A stretch of DNA of 64,000 bases. Source: a virus. Below the pieces are notes generated by a model. The model did not search any database and was not told the origin of the DNA. It saw only the letters and a program-made list of their open reading frames with translations. Position numbers and translations under genes: made by a program. The stretch lies in IMG/VR virus record IMGVR_UViG_3300031997_000620, positions 1 to 64,000 of that record. One strand, given 5' to 3'. The first letter of the stretch is position 1. Each line of letters opens with the position of its first letter. Positions 57,563-64,000 of the stretch are shown piece after piece.

Positions 57563-58774
57563 CTAGAAGGTGGGCTGGCTTAGGCCGGTGATCTTCGCAG
57601 TCTGGTTGATGTACCGGGCTACGTTTTCGCCGTAATACTTGAGCAGGGTCGTGAATGCGTCCTGGCCCGGGAGCCATGCCATATTCACGCGCTCGTCAAT
57701 CGAGAGCGGGCGAACAACGCCGCGCTCGATAGCGCCGAGGTTTAGGAAGTAAACCACGGCCGGATCGGCTGCCCAGCTTAGGAGCCACGGGCGACCTTCG
57801 AAGGTCGTCAGCTCTTGCTGAGCCCCTAGGTCTAGACGCATGTCATTGAAGCGCCGGAAGCCTAGGGAGATCTCGGTGTAACGATCGAACTGTTCGTAGT
57901 TGCTTAGCATTACGAACTGATCGACGTTACCGACTGCCGTCTGAACCAAGAGGCGGCGTCTGATGCGGCGGAGTAGAGACTCATCGAGAGCCGTACTGCC
58001 CGCTGCAATTACCGAGGACTGAAGAACCGGGAAACTGGTTCGGCTTAGGTTATAGATCGTTCCAGTGCTACTCACAATAGCCGGAAGACCTAGTGCAGTT
58101 ACGTCCGCGGGTGCAGAGACTTCACTCTGCTCCCCTGCCTTGTAAATGCCGTGTGAGGCGTTTACCGTGATGGCGCTAGAGACCGTAATCGTCGCCCCTG
58201 CGATGTCGCGGGCCAGGATTGTCACCGGACCTGCGGCACGAAGGCCAGTCGTGTTATCTAGGAAAACCACAACTTGCTGTTCACGGAAGGGACGGGCGTC
58301 AGTTACCGTAATTACAGTATCCGCAGTTTCCGTCGCGTTTACGTCCGCGAGCTTACCAGTACCATCGCTGCGAAGGAAAGTAACTTCCATATCGGCACCC
58401 GCACGGGTTACCGCCATAGAAATTGCATCCGTTACAGCGGACGCGAAGGCATCTTCGCCACCGCGCCGAGAAACGGCCTCCGCTAGACCCGAGAACGTTA
58501 CTACTCTGTAGTATTTCTTGGGCCGAACGCGGGCCTGCTTGATGCGCTCATTACCAGACGCCGGAAGAGTATTATCATCCGGAGCCCGCCAGCCACCACC
58601 CGACTCATTACCGTCGATACGAACGGGGAAGAACGCGCCATCGCCCGAGGGGACGAAGCGGTTATTCTCACGAAGCCGGGAGTAGATGGGAGCAGATAGT
58701 TGCTGCATCTGTGCGATAAAATCTACGATATATCGCCGGAGCAGCATGTCGCCGAGAGTTGCAAATGTATTCAT
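57563..58774 (-). CDS. major capsid protein (HK97 fold, with insertion domain)
   Basis: 403 aa; follows the scaffold; G.GKLA, GLPAI, N..AKI.G end; strong terminator; biased codon usage. Confidence 0.85.
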   Translation of the reverse strand: MNTFATLGDMLLRRYIVDFIAQMQQLSAPIYSRLRENNRFVPSGDGAFFPVRIDGNESGGGWRAPDDNTLPASGNERIKQARVRPKKYYRVVTFSGLAEAVSRRGGEDAFASAVTDAISMAVTRAGADMEVTFLRSDGTGKLADVNATETADTVITVTDARPFREQQVVVFLDNTTGLRAAGPVTILARDIAGATITVSSAITVNASHGIYKAGEQSEVSAPADVTALGLPAIVSSTGTIYNLSRTSFPVLQSSVIAAGSTALDESLLRRIRRRLLVQTAVGNVDQFVMLSNYEQFDRYTEISLGFRRFNDMRLDLGAQQELTTFEGRPWLLSWAADPAVVYFLNLGAIERGVVRPLSIDERVNMAWLPGQDAFTTLLKYYGENVARYINQTAKITGLSQPTF

Positions 58775-58821
58775 GCTCCATTACTCCATTAGTTAGTTGT
58801 TAAACTCCCGGCCCTTATCCC

Positions 58822-59781
58822 TTAAGCTTTGACTCGTCTTGCAGCTTCGTTTCCGGCGCGTAAAGCATCCGCCATCGCCCGCGCAAAATCATCATCTGAT
58901 GTTTCCGGCTTGAATGACTTTACCTTACCTGTTTCGGTCTTTTCAACCGCGTACTTGCCCCAGTCCGTGTTCTGCAATTTTTCCAGTCTCTCTTCGGGAG
59001 TAGGTTCCGGGTTTCTTACTTGACCCTTAGCCTGTAGCTCCTCTTGGAGCCGCTGAGCAACCATTCCTTCGGGCTCGCCATAGATGTCATTTAGAACATA
59101 TTCAAATGCTTTCGGCAGTTCGACTTCCAGAGTCTTCTGCCAGTCACCTGATTGTTCAATTGCTTCCCAGTCTACTGCTTCCGCTAGATAGTGCGCAATT
59201 CTGCGTCTATCATTATCGGAATACTCGTCAGGAAGCTGACCTAGTAGCGTCGCTGCGTATGAGTCTGCTTTTGCGACAATCATATCAGCTCTCTGATCCA
59301 TGATTGCATCCTCAAGCTTTGCCGTTGTGGCCTTGAGGATCTGTCGCGTTTCGTCCGCGCCTTCTTTCTCAGTCTTCTCGCCTGTTTCCAGATCTTCTTC
59401 GATCCCCGCCAGACGCCTATCTAGTTTTTCTAGAAGGGGTGCCCATTGCGGATCTCCGGAGCGATGAAGTTCGCGGATCTTCTCAATATACCCAGCCGCT
59501 TCTTCTTTAGCTTGGATAACTGAAGTAAGATTAGCAAGTGCTGATGCTCGGTTTTCAAGTTCTAGATTCTTCGCGTCTAGCGCCTCTTCCAGAACGTGGA
59601 GCCGATCATTTTGCTCCTTGAATCTTTGGTAAGGAATCGGACCCGGAGCCTTGTGGGCACCCTTGTCGCCTGTACCTGTCTCAGTTGCCTTCGAGGATTG
59701 CTCAGTTTCGCCGTGGGACGTAGTGTCCGGCTCTGCGTTTAGGGCATCCTCTAGTCCTTCACGCGCAGTATTTTCGTCCAT
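58822..59781 (-). CDS. capsid scaffolding protein
   Basis: Acidic N-terminus, IPYQRFKEQND coiled-coil motif, directly upstream of the capsid gene. Confidence 0.75.
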   Translation of the reverse strand: MDENTAREGLEDALNAEPDTTSHGETEQSSKATETGTGDKGAHKAPGPIPYQRFKEQNDRLHVLEEALDAKNLELENRASALANLTSVIQAKEEAAGYIEKIRELHRSGDPQWAPLLEKLDRRLAGIEEDLETGEKTEKEGADETRQILKATTAKLEDAIMDQRADMIVAKADSYAATLLGQLPDEYSDNDRRRIAHYLAEAVDWEAIEQSGDWQKTLEVELPKAFEYVLNDIYGEPEGMVAQRLQEELQAKGQVRNPEPTPEERLEKLQNTDWGKYAVEKTETGKVKSFKPETSDDDFARAMADALRAGNEAARRVKA

Positions 59782-59901
59782 ATCGAACCTCCTAATTTTA
59801 CACCCTTGGAGTTAAACGGGTGAGTTTGTGTGGCCGGATAATACTTTCTAGGTAGGAACGTTTTACCCAACTGGCTAACCAGGGAGATTATCCTATCGTT
59901 C

Positions 59902-59914
59902 CTATTTAATTATC
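59902..59914 (-). promoter_or_regulatory. late promoter motif GATAATTWAATAG
   Basis: Upstream of the scaffold-capsid operon. Confidence 0.72.
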
Positions 59915-59958
59915 TCACTTAGAATGAAACAAAACAAATTCAAGTAAATGTTTATGAC

Positions 59959-59991
59959 AAAAGAAAACCCCCCAGATCGTAACCTGGGGGG
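59959..59991 (-). terminator. rho-independent terminator
   Basis: CCCCCCAG / CTGGGGGG stem plus TTTTCTTTT. Confidence 0.8.
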
Positions 59992-60099
59992 GACCGATGA
60001 GCTTTCGCCCATCGGCGATGAAGAAAACCCCCGGGGAGCGTAGGGGGAGGAACTACACTTCTACCCGGGGGTACCCCGCCGCGGCGCGGGGATCAACTG

Positions 60100-60300
60100 C
60101 TACGAATGTAGCGTGGCGCGCTGCGCGGCGAGGAATGCAGCCAAAGCTGCTTCATCTTCCGGCGTGGGGTCTCGTCTTTCAGCTACTACAGCACGGAGCC
60201 TTTCAAGAAGGTCTTGAAAAACCGGGTCACTGTCATTCTTTAGCTTAGCGATGATAATCGCCATAATAGCGTCTAGAGCATATGTAATTAGAATTTCCAT
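60100..60300 (-). CDS. small hypothetical protein
   Basis: Hydrophobic N-terminus; RDPT.ED motif; coupled to the lipoprotein gene. Confidence 0.55.
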   Translation of the reverse strand: MEILITYALDAIMAIIIAKLKNDSDPVFQDLLERLRAVVAERRDPTPEDEAALAAFLAAQRATLHS

Positions 60301-60669
60301 TTAATTACCCCCTACCTTAATAAGCCCACGAGAGATCAACTGGGCACGAAGCTCATTAACAAAAAGGACAAAAAGATCCATCTTTGTTGATGCCTCTGAA
60401 ACATTTCCAGCTACCAATAGGTCGGTAACATCCTTTTCTACAGCTTGAACTTTTAGATCTGTATCCTGAAAGATCTTCACTACCTTCGGGTCAGCAGTCG
60501 GACTGGCCTTATACTGATTAGCAACTACCAAAAGGTTTGAATATTCTACACGAGCCTGAAAATACTTGCCCTTAACAGTGGGGGCTACCCCAATGCTACT
60601 TGTAGCACAGGCAATTGCAAACATTGCAATAAGTGCAGCTACACTTGTTCTAGTCTTTTTGTTTAACAT
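60301..60669 (-). CDS. lipoprotein
   Basis: Basic N-terminus, hydrophobic core, AIAC lipobox. Confidence 0.7.
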   Translation of the reverse strand: MLNKKTRTSVAALIAMFAIACATSSIGVAPTVKGKYFQARVEYSNLLVVANQYKASPTADPKVVKIFQDTDLKVQAVEKDVTDLLVAGNVSEASTKMDLFVLFVNELRAQLISRGLIKVGGN

Positions 60670-60689
60670 TAGTTCCTCCTTTAAAGGTT

Positions 60690-60702
60690 CTATTAAATTA
60701 TC
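60690..60702 (-). promoter_or_regulatory. late promoter motif GATAATTWAATAG
   Basis: Repeated motif; overlaps the stop of the upstream gene. Confidence 0.6.
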
Positions 60703-61655
60703 TTACTTTCTATGTAAGACTGTGAAAATTTGTCTAAAACTACTTGAACCACTTCTTGACGAATATGCCGATTGTCTTCTTCATATGGAGAGCCGTTCTG
60801 CCATTCTTTGATTATTTCATAAGCAGGCCAATAATAAACATCTGAATAGTTTATTCGCATAAGTTCATCGACTGCCACTCGCAAGATTGCTTTTGATACT
60901 GTATTTGCCGTTACACATGATACAGGTCTAAACGTTGCAACTAAAGGTACTGGGGAAAGGGTAAAAATAATCTTTGCAGTAGTGTTATTCGCTTTAATAG
61001 TTTGTACGACATGTTGTAAATTTTCTAAGTTCTCACTAACCGTAGAGACTCGAAACTCGTGAATCTCGGGATTAAACTGCTCCTTGGGGATACCCCTCCA
61101 AAATACTTCCTTAGTTACCTTATTAGACCAAACCTCAGAAAGTCCGAGAGTGAGAATAAAAACATCTGTCTTATCAAAAATTGCTCTAGTTTCTATTCGG
61201 TTGTCTTCTGTAGGTTCAACCCTTTCTGTTTTAGAATACCACAAAGATTCCTCAAAATTGCAATTGTTCCACGCCCAATCAAATTGCTGCCTAATCGCAA
61301 ATGTAGTATTGATTCCTTCTCCAAAATGAATAATGGGTAATGCTTTTGACTTTACAACAAATCGTTGTGTCTTATCCCTCAAATACTTACGGATATGCTG
61401 AGCAAAACAACTTCCAAAAGCCGTAACATAAGACGAGGCTGCAATTATCGGTGAAACCGGAGTCCACCCTTTAAGGATATATTTATTTATTGCATCCTCT
61501 TCTTTTAAGTTTACGAGGCTAGGAATAAAATTACAACTATCACCTCTAAACCAATCCATTCCAAGAATTCTAGACTTGTCCTCTCCTAGTTTATAACTAT
61601 AAGCAGCGTTGTTATCTAACATGTCTAATTCTTTTTTACTAAAAGACTTATCCAT
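60693..61655 (-). CDS. GSCFA-domain protein (SGNH-like)
   Basis: GSCFA, FILTLGLSEVW, TLSPVPL, SKAILR, YWPAYE, D.RH. Confidence 0.88.
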   Translation of the reverse strand: MDKSFSKKELDMLDNNAAYSYKLGEDKSRILGMDWFRGDSCNFIPSLVNLKEEDAINKYILKGWTPVSPIIAASSYVTAFGSCFAQHIRKYLRDKTQRFVVKSKALPIIHFGEGINTTFAIRQQFDWAWNNCNFEESLWYSKTERVEPTEDNRIETRAIFDKTDVFILTLGLSEVWSNKVTKEVFWRGIPKEQFNPEIHEFRVSTVSENLENLQHVVQTIKANNTTAKIIFTLSPVPLVATFRPVSCVTANTVSKAILRVAVDELMRINYSDVYYWPAYEIIKEWQNGSPYEEDNRHIRQEVVQVVLDKFSQSYIESKII

Positions 61656-61657
61656 TA

Positions 61658-62245
61658 TTATGCCTCCCAAAGATCTTTTCTATTTTTAACTGCCTCTACA
61701 ACGCTCCCATATTCAAGAACAGTTGCTATTCTCAATAATTTTAAACCTCTTTGCCACCAGTGATCCATGACGGTTCGGTCCATAGGCAATGTCTTATATC
61801 TTCGTGCTTCTGCTAACCACTGACCCGGAGGGATGGTTTGTCCGACTCCTTCTACAGTTAGACCAAAACTATATGCTACTTTAGTGAGTTTTTCGCTTTC
61901 GGCCCCCCACGGAGTCGCCCAAACTTTAGGAGCATAGCCAAGTGTTTTTTCAAACCAGTCTACGGACTTAAAAAGATGTTGAGCAATTTCAGTTTCATTT
62001 AGTTTGCCATAATCTATATGAGTCCATCCGTGAAGTTCAGGAAACATCTTACCTTCTTTAGTTTTTTCAATTATAAGATCTACGGAGGCAGGATAGTCCT
62101 GAATATCTTTTACAAGTATAGTTGGAACATGATGAATCAAAGGACTTTGTTCGAGCCATCTTACTACTTGGGCAAATTTTTCATCTGGATTATGTCCTTT
62201 TGAATGAACAAGAACATCATCAATTCTAATTCTAAGTTGATTCAT
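61658..62245 (-). CDS. polysaccharide deacetylase (NodB-like)
   Basis: RIDD, ELHGWTH, TPW. Confidence 0.8.
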   Translation of the reverse strand: MNQLRIRIDDVLVHSKGHNPDEKFAQVVRWLEQSPLIHHVPTILVKDIQDYPASVDLIIEKTKEGKMFPELHGWTHIDYGKLNETEIAQHLFKSVDWFEKTLGYAPKVWATPWGAESEKLTKVAYSFGLTVEGVGQTIPPGQWLAEARRYKTLPMDRTVMDHWWQRGLKLLRIATVLEYGSVVEAVKNRKDLWEA

Positions 62246-62832
62246 GCCTCGCCCTTTTTAGCTAAAACTTTAATTGTACCGTTTCCTAATTCTATTTTTA
62301 TAGCTGTATAATTTGTTCTAGTTAGATAAAATCTCATAATTTTAGGAGTAAAGCAAATTAATCTCTTTTTATTTTTTAGTGGACCCAATTCAGTATCTTG
62401 ATAAAATTCATCATCAGCATTTCTACAAATTATAGCTAATGTTCCTTTAGGTTTTAATATCCTATTCCATTCTCGAAGAGCAATTATCGGAGAAGGAAGA
62501 CCATCTAGATAGTTAGATACAATATAATCACACGTATTATTATCTAAATGAGGTAAGTTTATGGCACTCTCACATACTAAACCTTCAAATGTTCCTAAAA
62601 CAAATGCTGCATCAACACCATAAGCTCCTCCGATCGGAAAGTCTCCACAACAAATATTAAGACCATTACCTTCTCTAGTAAATTGTTCCATCCAATTCCA
62701 ATCATCAAAAGAAGGGCTTGTAGGAAGATTTTCAAATTCCTCTTTTAATCTTCGTGCTCTTTTTAAGAATTTATATGTTATTGTATCTATAACAGAGATA
62801 TAACTAAATTCTTTTTCTAATTTGTCATTCAT
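62242..62832 (-). CDS. class I SAM methyltransferase-like protein
   Basis: LNICCG, D, LP, LREWNRILKPKG. Confidence 0.78.
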   Translation of the reverse strand: MNDKLEKEFSYISVIDTITYKFLKRARRLKEEFENLPTSPSFDDWNWMEQFTREGNGLNICCGDFPIGGAYGVDAAFVLGTFEGLVCESAINLPHLDNNTCDYIVSNYLDGLPSPIIALREWNRILKPKGTLAIICRNADDEFYQDTELGPLKNKKRLICFTPKIMRFYLTRTNYTAIKIELGNGTIKVLAKKGEA

Positions 62833-63490
62833 ATGTTTTCTCCCTTTTCCTTATAATAACCAGCCCAGGATGAAATAAGATTGAAAAAATCTCTTTTTGT
62901 CTTTGGCTAGCATCCGTTCTACTGTTTACGTTACACCACCACATGCCCTTTCTATTGTTAGGGTTTGGATCATGTCTACCGTAAAAGTTTAAATCATCAA
63001 TAATGTCTTTAGCATATACGATAAAATTATCAGTAATTTTTGTTCCCGCCCATTTTTCATGATAACTACAATTTACATCTTCAACAATATAATACCCATT
63101 TGGCTTAACATGCGGCCATAATGTCTCAAACGTAAGAATTTGATGAGGCCCTTCATGGGAGCCGTCATCAATTACTAGATCAAAAGGGCCATCTAACTTA
63201 GCGCCATCTTTCAACTGCTGCTTATTACTTTGGTCTACTTGTCGAGGAAACACTCTTTCTATATTTCTAATAGTATTTAAATATTTATTCCTAATATCCC
63301 ACCCATAAATGTTTGCCTTAGGAAAGTATTCTCGCCAAACTCGTATAGACGGGCCTTCACACACCCCAACTTCTAATAAATTAATTTCATTTAATCTAAA
63401 AGGTTCAAAAAGTACAGAATAAATTTCAACATAATTGTGTTCTATTGAACTTTTATCACACTTATATTTTATAGCAAGTTCATCTAACAT
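62825..63490 (-). CDS. sugar O-methyltransferase-like SAM protein
   Basis: DK...HNY...Y, LLEVGV..G.S..W, DQS, IDDGSH, GYYIVED. Confidence 0.85.
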   Translation of the reverse strand: MLDELAIKYKCDKSSIEHNYVEIYSVLFEPFRLNEINLLEVGVCEGPSIRVWREYFPKANIYGWDIRNKYLNTIRNIERVFPRQVDQSNKQQLKDGAKLDGPFDLVIDDGSHEGPHQILTFETLWPHVKPNGYYIVEDVNCSYHEKWAGTKITDNFIVYAKDIIDDLNFYGRHDPNPNNRKGMWWCNVNSRTDASQRQKEIFSILFHPGLVIIRKREKTYE

Positions 63491-64000
63491 TTAAAATACC
63501 TCCTCATTATCTGCAACCCAATTTTTAACAATACTAAGCCCCTCGTAGATACTAACTTTAGGAGCCCAACCTAAAGCCTTAAGCGGTCTCGTATCGGAGG
63601 TGTATGCCTTCTGGTCACATGGCCTCCAATCATGATAGCTAACTTCCGGCTTTCTCCCATACATATCAGATAAGATATCAAGGCTTTGGTTAATGGACAG
63701 AGTATTCTCAGGCCCTCCTCCGAGATTGAAGACACCATGTTCAACATTAGAATTAAGGTATGTCTCATATGCTCTTACCGCGTCTCCTACATAGAGCATG
63801 TCTCGGACCTGCTTGCCATCTCCAAAAACCTTAAGAGGAAGATTTTTCTGCATTGCAATAACAAACCATGTCGCCCAGCCTTGCTCTTCAAACCCGAACT
63901 GGTTAGGCCCATAGATACAGCTCATACGGAATACCCCACTCTTTACACCGTAGGTGTGGAAATATTCCTGGCAAAGAAGATCTGCGGAATACTTGCTCCA
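63491..64000 (-). CDS. NAD-dependent NDP-sugar epimerase (CDP-paratose 2-epimerase-like), 5' end outside the window
   Basis: SK..AD...QEY..TYG....FRMSCIYG..QFG.E.QGW, GDGKQVRD, FNLGGG; frame open to the window edge. Confidence 0.88.
   Translation of the reverse strand, partial: WSKYSADLLCQEYFHTYGVKSGVFRMSCIYGPNQFGFEEQGWATWFVIAMQKNLPLKVFGDGKQVRDMLYVGDAVRAYETYLNSNVEHGVFNLGGGPENTLSINQSLDILSDMYGRKPEVSYHDWRPCDQKAYTSDTRPLKALGWAPKVSIYEGLSIVKNWVADNEEVF

Overview
A 64-kb segment of a large, apparently lytic tailed dsDNA phage with podovirus-like organisation and the standard genetic code. No integrase, CRISPR array or rRNA is visible. Two arms converge at about 39.75 kb. The + strand arm (1-39.7 kb) holds three tRNAs, many small early genes, a sigma-70-family factor, an HNH-AP2 endonuclease and a patatin phospholipase. 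It also holds the replication and recombination genes (SF2 helicase, DnaB-like helicase, primase, UDG-PolA fusion, gp32-like SSB, UvsY-like, RecA, SbcD/SbcC, resolvase), ClpP, class II RNR, ThyX, peptide deformylase and four glycosyltransferases. The - strand arm (39.7-64 kb) holds sugar-modifying enzymes, scaffold, major capsid, decoration-like proteins, GH108 lysozyme, adaptor, nozzle, three FN3 tail proteins and probable ejection proteins. Most notable: a dispersed family of small proteins with variable N-termini and a shared C-terminal Zn-knuckle/helix tag; a tandem 55-nt repeat whose two hairpin loops are complementary, among the capsid genes; a large glycan toolkit on both sides of the virion module; a five-copy late-promoter motif; and a candidate origin. 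All calls come from reading motifs by eye; no database searches were run.
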